DNA from: Chiloscyllium plagiosum
Taxonomy: Eukaryota
Reading direction: 5' to 3'
Length of the DNA stretch: 64,000 nt
NCBI RefSeq assembly: GCF_004010195.1
Contig: NC_057728.1
Span: 30,939,178-31,003,177 of the forward strand
The notes under the pieces are model-generated. The model did no database searches. It was not told the DNA's origin and saw only the letters and a list, made by a program, of their open reading frames with translations. The stretch's first letter is position 1. Every line of letters starts with the position of its first letter. Positions 12,845-25,253 of the stretch are shown piece after piece. The position numbers and the translations under genes were made by a program.

Positions 12845-13497
12845 CTATCCCGCGTCACCTGGCTGAAGAGTTTCATAGTGACCCCTGTTTTTCCGGCACC
12901 GTGCTGCTATCCATAGGAGAGTACAAAAACAGGTTAATGTGATTACTGAGATCATCGACAAGGGAGTCAACAAAATCTTTGGGCCCAGCTGCAATCGTGA
13001 AGGAGTCGTGGTGTTAGCAATGGTCTGGTTCTTGTCAGAGGTCCCTTTCGTGGTGTTCCCCTGGTTCAGAGGGAGGATGTTGGAAGTCGGTGTAACGTCG
13101 GCAAATCCTTCGGTGTAGTAGTCGGCAGCTGGGAAGTGAGAGAGCCGGGCCATGCTTTGCCTCGTGATGCTAACGGCCACGTCGCCTTCAATTAAGGCTG
13201 GAGCCTCCGACGGCGCAGGCGAGTAGGTTCGGCTGCTATTTGCACCATTGGTAATATTTGCAGAATCGTTGCTGGACACTAGGTTGAAAATGGAAGGAAG
13301 AGGTGTCTGTGGTGGAAGTGACACAGACTTGTACCAGTTGTAAGTGGGAAGAGTGGCTTGTGAGAGAAGGGAAACGTACCTGTTGTAGTGGCGTTGTTTG
13401 TCCAAACCCAGATATTCTGAATTATTAAATCTTGACGTGTTGGTTGGCTCTCTGCTTTTACTCCGATTTCCAAAAATGAGTAAATCTGGATCCTCTC
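12845..13497 (-). CDS. MANSC4: MANSC domain-containing protein 4, last coding exon (Ser/Thr-rich stalk, TM helix, short tail)
   Basis: Acceptor TCGTCCGCAG (AG at 13499-13498); reads GEDPDLLIFG (human GIDPDLLVFE), then an S/T-rich stalk, hydrophobic ILLTPLSMISVITLTCFCTLLWIAA, and stop TAG at 12847-12845. Confidence 0.88.
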
Positions 13498-13669
13498 CTG
13501 CGGACGAATTAGGTAAAAAGTTGAGGCCACGAAATTGAAACAAAACATCAAAATTTAACTACCAGTTTAAAACTGACAGTGAAAAATATACCATCCGTTT
13601 TCTACTGTTAAAATCTTACCAATGCTTCACTCGCTGAAGTAGGAATTTGAATTTATCCAGCATCACTTA

Positions 13670-13830
13670 CATTCTAGAACCTCTTCAAAGCACATTGCTG
13701 AGTGAATTACTCTGAAATAAAGCCGCACTTATGTTGATAGTTTACACCGCCATATCCCACGAACAGCAGTGAGATCAACTGATAGCAAATCTATTTCGGG
13801 ATATGTTTGTTGAAGTATGAATGATGGCGA
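13670..13830 (-). mobile_element. Old DeuSINE (SacSINE1/AmnSINE1-like Deu domain) fragment in a MANSC4 intron
   Basis: Reverse complement CTTCAACAAACAT...AATAGATT...GATCTCACTGCTGTTCGTGGGATATGGCGGTG resembles the Deu core (CCTCAACCAACATCAC...CATTGCTGTTTGTGGGATCTTGCTGTG). Confidence 0.55.
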
Positions 13831-13967
13831 TTTGCAGCTAGATTACGCTGAAATAACTGCTTCATTACTGGTTTTCAGGTCAAAATTAAACACTTGCAAT
13901 AACAAAAATAATTGCATGAATATCATTAATTCATTCGCTTTTGAATGTCATGACGTGGTGTGTTTAC

Positions 13968-14102
13968 CTTTTCTCACATTAAAGAGTATAAAATCAATCT
14001 TCCTTCTCATTATGCAGCTCTCCTGACTTGGGCAGTTGAGGTGAAAACAGTTGGAACGGCTCTGATCTTGAATAAATTTGAAAACGGCTACATTACAAGT
14101 AT
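13968..14102 (-). CDS. MANSC4: MANSC4 middle coding exon (second half of the MANSC domain); missed by the ORF track
   Basis: Acceptor TTATTGTTACAG, donor G|GTAAAC; 135 nt, phase 1-1. Translates DTCNVAVFKFIQDQSRSNCFHLNCPSQESCIMRRKIDFILFNVRKG (human SCNLAVFY...NCLHVHCPTLESCIL). Confidence 0.92.
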
Positions 14103-15063
14103 CTGTAACAATAAATGGAAAGCAAAGACGAATTAGCTCGAAAAGTTATTCAAATATGGTGTCTCAGAGTTGGGGGGGGGGGGGGGGAGGGGCGAAGAGG
14201 GAGGGTCCCATACAAGGTCTCATACCCATTGATTAGACATATACAGGGAGACTCGAAGCATTCTTTTGCCGAGCAGAAGACTACATTATCTGAATTGGAG
14301 AATGCAGAACGAGCGGTGCATATCTGCAGAGGAGGAATACAAAGTACATACGAGCTTTAGGACCATGTTGTGCAGAAGCAATAAGCAGCACAGTTATTGT
14401 TACTAGTTGAATGAAAGAATGTAGAGTGGCATCTAGCGTGCAGCAGGAAGGTCGTAGCAACACCTGGGTTGGGCTGGACTGCAGGAACACAACCATCATT
14501 GTATTGAATGGGAACAAGGTTCAGTTTCATGAAATTTAAGCTTCAGTCAAAATGTCAGTTTTATCGATCAACAATGCTCTTAATTCTTTTAGTCAAATCT
14601 GTTTTTCAATGCAAATTCCAGCCTCGTTTTATATTAGCTTTAGGAATCCTTAAAGGTGGAATCGAAACGGTTTGCTTAAAAAAAATCAAACCTCCTGCAA
14701 TTAAAATGTTACAGCTGGGGCGTTGTTTTGATTGAGCGGCGAAAGCTCGTTAGGGAGGCCAATATTAATCGTCGTTGTGATCAGTGTTTTTTTATGTCAG
14801 TGGGTTAGTCATTTGAGACCTTAATAATAACCGGCTTATCTCGAAAATGATTCGATTTTTTTCTGTATCCCCAGTTCAGTCATTTGCCTCCAATGCACGT
14901 TGAGTGATTACAGGCGACAAGTAACAATTGTGTTATTCATAGTGAATATAGTTAAATTGAATTTGGGTGATTAATTAATCGTGAAAAATGATCCTGGTGT
15001 AATTTACTGCAAATTCCGACCGCCTGCCGTTCTGAGGGCAGATTGGAGACTGTGAAAACTCAC

Positions 15064-15283
15064 CATTCTGTCTTAGACAGCAAGTCCTGATGCACTGCCA
15101 AGCTGTCTTCGCATTGTAATCATTGACCAAATGGGCGCCTCTGCTCCTGGACAGAGGCACGTCTATAAGTACCCCAGGAAGACGATGCATCCAGCAGTTT
15201 CTATAAAATACTGTAGGCGAACACCGAGAAGCTGATTTCTGGAAAATAGGAAAGAACATCAGCAAGGACAAGGTGAGAATCAT
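15064..15283 (-). CDS. MANSC4: MANSC4 first coding exon (signal peptide + first half of the MANSC domain)
   Basis: MILTLSLLMFFPIFQKSASRCSPTVFYRNCWMHRLPGVLID...QCIRTCCLRQN (human [21 protein letters not shown]...KCSRSCCLRK); donor G|GTGAGT at 15063. The three exons total 1008 nt (335 aa). Confidence 0.92.
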
Positions 15284-15778
15284 AGTTTCAGATCTGGTGG
15301 GGGCGACCGACCTTCAATGTCCGCGCTCTTGCAACAAGATGCTTATTAAGGCGAGGTATTGCTCCGGTGCCAGTATCGACCATGTCCACTTTGGCATTGC
15401 TTCAAGATTTTTAATGACAATAGGGAAGGTGGAAGTGGCTGCGTCCTGACATTTTGGATAGGAGTTTTTTATTTATAACCCCATTATCGGCAGGTGAGTT
15501 TCTGATCGTTCAAACAATTTTCTGTCCCTGTCTAGAATTCATACAAAGTCGAGTTAATGGAAAGTAAATTGGAGAATTTTGTAAGAGTTTGACATCGTAC
15601 AGGGCTTAATTGTATTTTAACAGTCATAACTAAGGTGATAATGAATCTAAATGTTACAAGTGTGTGTAAATGTTTTTGTAAGAACAAGTACACTCGCGCC
15701 GTAGATCAAACAGGGAAAGAAATGGTCATTCGGATTTTCACGAATGACAGCCGAATCTCTCTGTCAGCCTCCCGATCC

Positions 15779-15784
15779 TTTATA
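15779..15784 (-). promoter_or_regulatory. Candidate TATA box for MANSC4
   Basis: TATAAA on the minus strand in a CpG-retaining, repeat-free context about 500 bp upstream of the ATG. Confidence 0.3.
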
Positions 15785-17790
15785 CTGGCGTCCGTCAGGG
15801 TTACTAAGTTTCAACATGAACCTTGCTGAAGTAACTCTTGACACCTTCCGTGGACCAGCGACTAGAAATCCTCTTGTTATTTCAGGTGTGAGCTTGTAGT
15901 GGACATTTTCCTCCATTAGGTTGTATTATTTACTGACATGAAATATAAAATTCGAAAATTAAATTTTGTATAACAGAGCAAGCATATTGTTTTAAGTCAG
16001 ATAAATTTTAGTGAGTTTTTTTTTAAATCAGAGACATGCCAAACACAGAATATTTAATTACTCCCCACGAGGATAATCACAAGGAAATATTTCCCCCACT
16101 CCCTAAACCATGAATACACCCACAGTACTGTGAGATCTCATTGTTGGGAGAAAGAAAGTCGACCGAGAATAGCGTAACATTCATCATCAAGGAAAACAAT
16201 TCGTCCACACTTGGCAAAGTTGAAAGAAAACATTGTTCTCAAGGACAAGCTTAAGTTTTCCATGATGTAGTTTAATTCTAAATAGAGACATCAGCACATT
16301 TTTGACACCGAATGTGCATTTCAGTTGTTGCAAAGGGTAACATTTCACCAGCTCAACCTTCTCATCTTCGTAATCGAGGTTTCTTGTGACAATTCCGTAT
16401 TGTACTATATAAACAGAAGTTCCTTGTTTTACAAACAGTGCTGCTTTTGAGATAGCTCATTTAACTCATAAATTGAGGCAGTGATAGGATTTCTGTGTGG
16501 CCAAGAAGAATGCCAGGACCACATATAAAGCAAGGCAAAGTGAATTGGTAATTCTGTTTGTTATTGCAAGGGGATGTGTCTTTTTAAAGTGAAGGCCCGA
16601 TCACTAATTGAGTTACACAAATATGGGTTGGCAATAAAGCACCCTCTTACATTGACTTGATTTAGAGCTGCATAACTAAATAATCTTGCTTTTATCCCTT
16701 TGTATAAACTTTATTTACCAGGTAATCTACAGCAACTAAGTTCAGTGTATGATATAAATTATGATTAGTTTACTATCTTGTAAATGGGGAAGCACATTAT
16801 AATTAAACCTCAGACCTCAAAAGTAAACCATCTTCCTTCTCCCGATTCAGCCACATCTATTGAATATTTCCAGCATTTTCTATTTGTATCTCAGAACACG
16901 ACTGAATTATGTGGTATATGAACTCAGTTGTTTGAGTTGAATTCAGATACTGTCACAGTATCTGAATGAATGTATTGTGTCTTACTTAATTCAGAAAAGA
17001 CAATTGAAAAGTTTATGCAGAGAACTCAACATTATTTCTGTCATTTTATGGTGTTTAATCATCTTCAGATAAGAGATGTCCTAGGGAAAGATCACTATCC
17101 ACATGTAGGACCCCTGTCAATAACAAATGCTGCCAGGTTATTTAATGCTAGTTGTATATTAACTCTAATCTTGGCACAGTATGTTTTATTGCCATTGTGT
17201 CTGCTCAGGTATCCCCACTGGCAAACTTTGTTACTTTTCAAGTACAATCACAATTTTGTGCCAAATTGGGGATCTTTTCAATAAATTAATATCCACACTC
17301 AACTAGTCAATGATGCAAGCTAATTTCAAATAATAACAATCAGCAGAGACAGACAAGACTCTAATCCCATTATTCTGGGTGGAGGTCAAATGCAGATTCA
17401 TGAATGAGAAGGATGTTTGCAAATGAGGCAGAGTGAAAAAGGCCAACGGGTTGTCCACGTTACAACTTGTGTGCATCAGCAACCTACTTTTCAAAGCACC
17501 AAAACCAAGAGCCATCAAAAACAAACAAAAGACTTGGGTTAATCCAGGAAGTATTTTAAAATACATTTCTTTCTGAACTTATCTCAAAAAGGCAATCAAC
17601 CAATCTTCAGCACTTGACTTTAGTCTCAGGTATGTTCTATTATTTCAGAATTTGGGGGTATTGTTTTTTACTCATAAGATAACTTAAGATATTTTACATT
17701 TATTTGAAATCATACAACTTCCTTTTGAAGACCAGTACTGAATCCATTTTTAATGTATGGCAATCCATTCCATTATCAATGTCTCATTGA

Positions 17791-18131
17791 CTCCCTACAG
17801 GATGGAAGTAGGCCATTTGGCTCAGTGAGTCCACACTGACTCTCTGAAGAGCATCCTACTCAGACCCAATCCCTACTGTTATCTCTGTAACCCTGCATTT
17901 CCCATGGCTAATCCATCAAGCCTGCACATCCTTGGACACTATGGGCAATTTAGCATGGCCAATCCACCTAACCTGTACATCTTTGTGCTGGGGCTGGTGT
18001 GCCTAGAGGAAACCTACACAGACATGGGGAGAATGTGCAAACTTCACACAGACAGTCACCTGAAGGCGGAATATAACCTGCGCCCCGGTGCTGTAAAACA
18101 GCTGTGCTAACCATTGTGCTACCATGCCACC
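17791..18131 (-). mobile_element. HE1-type SINE, diverged
   Basis: Minus-strand head GGTGGCATGGTAGCACAATGGTTAGCAC, a V-domain and a CR1-like 3' tail. Confidence 0.85.
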
Positions 18132-18264
18132 TGTCTCTGTAAAATTACTTCTTAGCATTTAACCTTGTGTTTTCTTAATTTGCACAAATGCCACTTAGAT
18201 TTTCTCTGCCTCCTTCAATTTCTTTTTTTTGTCATATTCATGAATCATATAACTGTCTCATGAC

Positions 18265-18905
18265 CCATCATCACTAATCCTGGGTATGTTCTTTATTTCA
18301 GGACAGGCGTATGAGAGATGAGAGCACTATGGTGTAACATTGGGATGGAGTTGAGCCCATGAAATCTCATGGTATCAGGTCAAACACGGGTAATGAGATC
18401 CATGCTGGAACCTCCTGCTGACTACCACCTATTTATCCCACCCCCTCAGCTGATGTTGAATCAATACTCCATGCTGAACACATGCTAGATAAAGCACAAA
18501 GGGTGGTTAGGACACAATGATTTCTTGATGGAAGGTTTCAACATCAGTTACCAACAGCACTTTGGTAGAACCACTGCTGACTAAGCAGACCAAATCCTAA
18601 AAGGCATAGCTGCTAGACTGAGTTGAACTGAGGGGAATAACAGGAGGGAAAAATTTACTTGACTTTGTCCTTACCAATCTTCCTGTCACAGATGCATCCT
18701 TCTAAGACAGTGATGTTAAGACTGACCACTGCGCAGTATTTTGGAGAAAAAGTCCCATCTGACATTGAAGATACCATCCATCATATTGTAAAGCACTACC
18801 ACTGTGCAAAATGGGTCAAACTTTGAATAGACTTAGCCACTCAAAATTGGGCAGCCCTGTGGCACTGTGGGCAATCATCAGCAGCAGAATAGCATTCAGT
18901 TACCA
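18265..18905 (+). mobile_element. Endonuclease-region fragment of the same LINE family as 38500-43498
   Basis: Colinear with 40410-41040 (CAGGTCAAACACGG, CCTCAGCTGATG, CTTACCAATCTTCCTGTCACAGATGCATC, CATCAGCAGCAGAA). Confidence 0.75.
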
Positions 18906-20059
18906 ATATGTAACTGAATGGGATTAGATAGCTGAATGGTTGTTTTTTGATAGGTACAAACTTGATGGACCAAAGGGGCTTTTCCTGTGCTGCACCACTA
19001 TGACTCTGACTCTAAGTTGCTCCTGACATCGAGATTGGCTTCATCAGATTCTGTCACAAATCTCAGACCCCTAAGCAATTTCCCAAATGGTGATATTTTA
19101 TTCAGTACAAGCAGGACTTGGGACATGCTAATGTTTGGATAGCAGTTGTGTCCTGGGTGGAATCGTTGGCCCAGCACTAGTACATGTGTGATCCCGCCTC
19201 GGTCTGTCCTTCAGTGAGGGCGCATCAGCAGAAGATTCCCAAACCTTGGCCAAATGCCTCTAAACCTTAAGTTCATAGGGCGATTTTTCTTACATTCTTG
19301 TTAACCAACAAAGGTCGTGGATAATGATTTAACCAATCATTGCTCTGTTATTTGAGCTGCCCACTTACAAAATATTGTCTGATACTCATCCATTCACTTA
19401 GGCCCGTTAAGTATCTCATAATTCCTGAAGTCACTAGCTTTATCCATTCTCAGACCTGATCAGCATGTCAATATTTCAATGCTAGTACCTGGTCAAAGCA
19501 AAACAAAATTGGAATTCAGCTATTTTGAATGATTTCAAGATACTATTATTTTTCTATCTCTTCACTTGGATGTTTGAATCCTATCAAGGTGTAATCTTTT
19601 GGTTTCATATTTACATTCTGCTTTTACACTTCATTTAAATTTCTGCTCAAGTTTGTAATTTGTTATTTGATCCCTTTTAACTGTACTGGGTCTATTCAGG
19701 GTGAATAAAACATTAGGTAATTAAAGATCCAGAAAGCAACTTCACACTATATCACCTCTTAGCCTCTTTTAACTGGGGCATATCCCAATCAGGGTTAAAA
19801 TACATTTCATAATAAAGTTCTCACATCTAATTTCTAATTATTCAGTCATGGTATTTAAATTAGCTCTCATTAATTAACAAGAAAATCTGAGATAGGAATT
19901 TCCTGGGGTTTTCACATTTTGTTAAAGTAACCTATTTACAACATGAAATTTGACTCTTAATCTCAATGGATGCCTACTTATTTAACACTTTATCAGATTT
20001 ACTTTATCAGATGAACAATTGGAAATTAAACTATCTTGAAAGGAGATGAAGAGAATCAT

Positions 20060-21640
20060 TAATGTTGTCATAGACCAGAAATGCATTTTCTCTTTGGGTG
20101 CTTCTTCAATTCCTTTTTGAAAGCCATGACTGAATCTGTCTCCACCATATTTGCACGTACTTTACAGACCTCACCATTTTGCTAAATAAATAATTTATTT
20201 CCTTAGGATCCCACTAGTTCTCTTATATCAATTCCTGCTGGTTCTCAACCTTTTTGCCATTGAGAACAGTTTCCCTCTACCGGTTGTGACAGCAGCCCTC
20301 ATAATTTTGAACATCACTCATATTTTGTCCCAACCTCTCTTCTCTGAGAAGAGCATTCTCAGTTTTGGCAAAAAAGTTTAGCCTTATCCCCTAAAAGATT
20401 CTCTTAAATCTGACCTGGAATGCATTGCCAGACGGAATGGTGGCAGAAGAAGGAAACTGAATGTACATTTGTGAAAACATTCCCAGGCATGGGGCAAAGG
20501 GGGATCATGACTAACTTGATAAATCTTTCACATAGTTGACACAATCTTTCAAATAGTTGACACATGCCATAATGGACCGGATAGCTTCCTTCTGTGGTTG
20601 TGATCTATGAGGGTATTATCATCCAATTCTGAGCTCTTCAAAAAAGCCTTAATTAGATAGCCCAAACCTTCCAACACTGACAACATCCTTATAAATCTTT
20701 TCTGAACCCTTTCAAATTAACAGCATTCTTCCTAGGACACTAGAATTGAATGTAATATTCCAAAAAAATGGCCTAACCAATGTCCTGTACAGCTACAACA
20801 TGACCTCCCAACTCCTATACTCAATGCATTGACCAATAAAGGCAAGTGTAACAAACGCCTTCTTCACCACCCTGTCTACCTGCAACTCCACTTTAAGGAA
20901 CTATGAACCTGCACTCCAAGGTCTTTTTGTTCAGCAACACTCCTCAGGACCTTACCATTAAGTGTACAAGACCTGCCCTGATTTGCCTTACCAAAATGCA
21001 GCACCTCACATTTATCTACATGAAACTCCATCTGCAACTCCTTGGCTGTTTAGCCCATCTGATCAAAGTTCTGTTGTACTCTGAGGTAACCTTCTTTGCT
21101 GTCCACTACAGCACTAATTTTGGTGTCATCTACAAATTTACTAACCATATCTCCTACGTACACGTCCAAATCAATGATATAAATAACAAAAGCAGTGGAC
21201 CCAGCACTGATTCCCGTGGCATACCACAGGTCACAGGCCTCCAGTCCGAAAAGCAACACCACACCACCACCCTCTCTCTCCTACCTTTAAGCCTATTTTG
21301 TATCCAACTGACTATGTTCTCCCTGTATCCCGTGTGATCGAACCTTGTTAACTAGTCTACCTTGCAGAACCTTGTTGAATACTCTTACTGAAGTCCATAT
21401 AGACAAGTTCACCATTCTGCTTTCATCCTCTTTGTCACTTCTTAAAAAAAAAATTCAAGTTAGTGAGATATGGTTTCCCAAGCACAAAGCCATGTTGACT
21501 ATCTCTAACCAGGCCTTGCCTTTCCAAATGTAAATTCTGTCCCTGAGAAACCCCTCCAATGACTTGCACCACTGATGTCAGGCTCACCAGTCTATAGTGC
21601 TCTGGCTTTTCCTTATTACCTTTCTTAAATAATGTATCAT
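20060..21640 (-). mobile_element. Cluster of CR1 fragments (main RT fragment 20655-21640 on minus, plus older 3' ends on both strands)
   Basis: Minus-strand translation VSKFVDDTKI..VDSKEGYLRVQQ (CR1 RT); degenerate CR1 3' UTRs at 20060-20610. Confidence 0.85.
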
Positions 21641-21894
21641 GTTACCTTGAATTTGTTCTTTGAACTTGAATACAGCACACCAAATGCAGCAAAATTTAAA
21701 AAAGCTATGAAATTACATGAAAGTTCATTTTAAGATGGTAGATGTTTCATGTACAATAACCAATTGAGGAGATCAGTCATGCCTATAACAAAAAAAAGTT
21801 AAATATTTTACCTTTCTAACAACGTAATTTCTTTTGATTTAATATCAGAAAGACTGAAGCTATGTCTTTGGCCTCAACCAGTAACAGAATACAA

Positions 21895-23000
21895 TAGGAA
21901 ATCAAATGGTGTCTTTTGATTTTCAAAAAGCTTTTATTGATGCACATGCAAGATTATTGCACAAGATAAGGGCTCACTGGGGAGAGCAAAATGGAATAGA
22001 ATGAACTTAAATGACAGAAAACAAAGAATAGGAATAAGTAGATCATTTTGGTGTTGGCCATCTTTAACTAGTGGAGTGCCAGAAGGATCAGTGCAGGACC
22101 TCAATTATTGCTATATATAAAACAATGACTTGCATGAAAGGACCAAATCTAATGTATCAGAATTGCTAATGATACTGCACTATATGAGAAAGCAAGCTAT
22201 GAGGCTGCCATATGAATGTGCAAAGGAATATGAATAGGTTAGGTGAATGGGCGGAAAGGTAAAAGATGGATTATAATGTATAGAAATGTGAGTTTATTCA
22301 TTTTGGTAAGAAAAATACAATCGTTATTTTTTTTTAAATGTGAAAAAAACTTTTAAATGTTGATGTTCAAAGAGATTTGTTTTCTATGTCCAAGAAAAAT
22401 AGAAAGTTTATGTGCAGTTGCAGGAACTAGCTGAGAAGTTAAACTCTATCATAAGGGCATTGCATATTTTGTTTAAGAAAATCTTGATTGAATTACACAG
22501 AGCTTTTTTGAGACTGCATTGCATATTGTTGGGAATAACTTTGGTCATTCCACACCTTTGGAGGAATATACTTGCTTGAGAAGGTTTGTAGCAATGGTTC
22601 ACTGGTTTGTTATCTGACTGGGAGGACTGTCCTAGGAGGAGCTATTGAGTAGAGTGTGTCTACACTCTTGGGTATATAGAAGATTGAGGTGATATTATTC
22701 ATATATGATTGTGGAGAGGACTTGACAAGGTAGATACATGTTAATAAGTTGCTTTACCTAGGTGGAAATTCCAGAACCATGAGGTAAAAAGAATTTCACT
22801 GCAAAGGATATTTAGAATTCTCTGAACCAGACAGCAGTAGATGTTCATTCATCAGATTGACAGGTCTTTGTACTCTAAGATAATCAAGTTATATAGGAAT
22901 AAAACCAAAGTACTCTGAATACTAGAGATCTAAAAGGAAGTAGGAACTGGCAAAGAGGATTTGTAGTTGAGGGTCAGCTATGATCTTATTAAATGGAAGA
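21895..23000 (+). mobile_element. Old CR1 RT-to-3'-end fragment
   Basis: Degenerate DFQKAF, SGVP.GSV.GP, ANDT and KCEFIHFG equivalents, followed by a CR1 3' UTR. Confidence 0.75.
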
Positions 23001-23234
23001 CACGTTCCTGTTCCATTTAATGTACAGAGATAAAAGGTAATTGAACTGAAACTTGACTGTTTCTCGCTCCGGCATTTCCTGTTTTTTATTTAGTAATTCC
23101 AATATCTGCAATATTTTGCTTTTGTATCCTTCCTGTGTTTTTAAGAACCTCTGTTGTCTGCAGACCTATATAAATATTCTTTTTATCAACTCCACCACTT
23201 AATATGTCCTTCCAGCTGACCTTTGATGTAGCAA

Positions 23235-23450
23235 TGATGTGTCATATTTCAGCTGAGGCATGAAACGAGGGTCCTGTCTGCTTGTTGAAGTGGATGTAAA
23301 AGATTCTGTAGCCAAATATTATCCCTCAACGGTCAGCACCAAATAACAATTATTTGTGGAACCTTGCGCTCTATAATTTGCCTCATTACCATGATTACAC
23401 GTCAAATCTTACCATTATTTATGAAAATGTCTTGAGAGGTGAAAGGCTCA
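23235..23450 (+). mobile_element. Old DeuSINE (SacSINE1-like) with internal deletions, upstream of KLHL42
   Basis: TTTCAGCTGAGGCATGAAACGAGGGTCCTGTCTGC...GTGGATGTAAAAGATTC...CCAAATATTATCCCTCAAC...TTTGTGGAACCTTGC...GTGAAAGGC follows the Deu-domain consensus in order. Confidence 0.65.
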
Positions 23451-23859
23451 CTTACCTCCTTTATTACTAAGTATTGTGATTTATCTTTTTAAAAATGTTC
23501 TTCCTGACTCTGTTCTCTTAAACAATTGGACTATTGGACTAGCTTTATACTCTTTTAAAAACTTGGCATGTTTTCTTTGTGCACGGTGGCCAGTACTGAA
23601 TGCAGTACTCAATGTAATCTGACCGACAAAAATTCTATCCTAATACTGCAAAATTATAATCTGATGCTCAGGATTCCTGTTGTCTCTAGGTACATGCTGA
23701 GTTTTTTTTTATTCAAATGAAGTTTAGATAACTAATTATTTATCTTTAAAACAGTTTGATTTTTATTTTGTAAGTTGGTCGACTGTTTAAAAATCCCATT
23801 GCATCATAATTTGTAAAACAATCCGAACAATAATATATTACTCTTTTTGGTTTTGAATA

Positions 23860-24321
23860 CACCGTTGATAGACTTTCACAGATAATACATGTAACTCGTG
23901 CAGGAACAGTCAGAACGGGTTGACTGCCTTTTAAAGGTAAGATACGAGAGGAGCAGAATGTGTTGGTTGTTGCCTTTTACAGTCGGAGATTGGCTGATGG
24001 AAACGGAACAAGAAGTGACGATACAAAAAATGACAAGGAAACGAGATTAAAGAAACAAGCGAGCAGGCTCTGAAACTTCATTCGAATGTGCAAGGGAGCC
24101 GAGTAAGCATTTAGAGATTGATTGTAAGCACTGTGTGCAACAAGATCCTGCTGTTAAATTACACAGGACACAGCAATGTTAGTAAATCAACTGAAACGGA
24201 TGCTTTGTCTGATGTAGGCCCACGTGCAGATTCGAATAAATATAAATAAAAGCTGAAACTGCCCGCCAAAAGAAAACAGTTGCACAGACGGGCATTCATT
24301 CAGTCCTCATCCGCTGATACG
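23860..24321 (+). promoter_or_regulatory. Probable KLHL42 promoter / 5' UTR
   Basis: CpG-retaining, repeat-free region before the ATG with an inverted CCAAT box GATTGGCT (23988-23995), CGGAA (24004-24008) and GTGACG (24015-24020). Confidence 0.5.
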
Positions 24322-25082
24322 ATGTCCTCTGAAGAAATCATAGCTATCATAATCGACGGTAAGACGTACAATGTCAGCAAGAGTAAGTTAATTGAGGAAA
24401 GCGATTATTTCAAAGCCCTCTATAACTCTGGAATGAAGGAATCCGAAGAGGGCTCGGTGCAGCTGCAGGGCTTGAGTGCTCATGGTCTGGAGTTAGTCAT
24501 TGAATTCATCAATACTTCCAAAGTACATTTTGACAACGAGACCTTGGAAGATTTAGTGGAAACAGCGTCTTTTCTCCAGGTGTCTTCCATCTTGAAGCTG
24601 CTCCTCTCTGAGGTTAAGGTGGATAACTGCGTGGAGTTATATAAACTTTCTGAAATTTATGGAATCACTGATCTGAGAAATGCCTGTCTCAGGTTCATGG
24701 TATGTCACTACCACCCAATGCTGAGGAGGCAGGAATTTAGGCATCTGCCCAACACTTTGCGTCAACAAGTCAGGGAGATGCGCCTTAAAGGCACAGCTGT
24801 CTTGGTGGCAGTGGGGGATTTCTTTAGCACCTCCTTGGACCAGTCTCTTGATGAGGCCTGGTCAATGCTGAGATATGATGAGGTTGGACAGAGATGGCTA
24901 CCCCTGGCGAACAGCCTCCCTCCGGACATGGTGAATGTGAGAGGCTACGGTTCTGTAGTCCTGAACAATTACCTTTTCATCATTGGCGGATATAGAATGA
25001 CTAGTCAAGAGATCTCGGCTGCACATTGCTACAATCCTTGCAAAAATGAGTGGAATCAGATTGCACCAATGAATCAAAAAAG
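24322..25082 (+). CDS. KLHL42: Kelch-like protein 42, exon 1 (BTB, partial BACK, first kelch repeats)
   Basis: MSSEEIIAIIIDGKTYNVSKSKLIEESDYFKALYNSGMKES (human MSAEEMVQIRLEDRCYPVSKRKLIEQSDYFRALYRSGMRE); LPPDMVNVRGYGS..LNNYLFIIGGYR; donor AG|GTACAA at 25083, phase 2. Confidence 0.95.
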
Positions 25083-25127
25083 GTACAAAGTTGGTACTCA
25101 TGTAGTTCACTGTCAGTGTGATGTCTG

Positions 25128-25253
25128 AAATACAAATCAAAATTGCTGGAAATACTCAGCAAGTCTGATAGTGTGCTGTCAGATGCCAGATCCACTGAGT
25201 TGTTTTTAGCAATTTCTGTTTGTGTTTCAGATTTGCAGCGTCTGCAGTTCTTT
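25128..25253. mobile_element. Short palindromic Penelope-derived non-autonomous repeat
   Basis: Inverted arms AAATTGCTGGAAATACTCAG / CTGAGTTGTTTTTAGCAATTT plus the tail TCAGATTTGCAGCGTCTGCAG; same family as 38760-38938. Confidence 0.6.

Noticed and set aside
13498-13543. N-terminal MFQFRGLNFLPNSSA of the 232-aa ORF
   Set aside because: It is intronic; the exon starts after the AG at 13498.
14173-14192. Poly-G runs (also 52541-52557) as G-quadruplex elements
   Set aside because: Simple homopolymers of unreliable length, with no further support.
24280-25128. 282-aa single-exon BTB protein
   Set aside because: The TTG start and the tail YKVGTHVVHCQCDV are UTR and intron read-through. Homology begins at ATG 24322, and splicing at 25082 continues in phase into exon 2.
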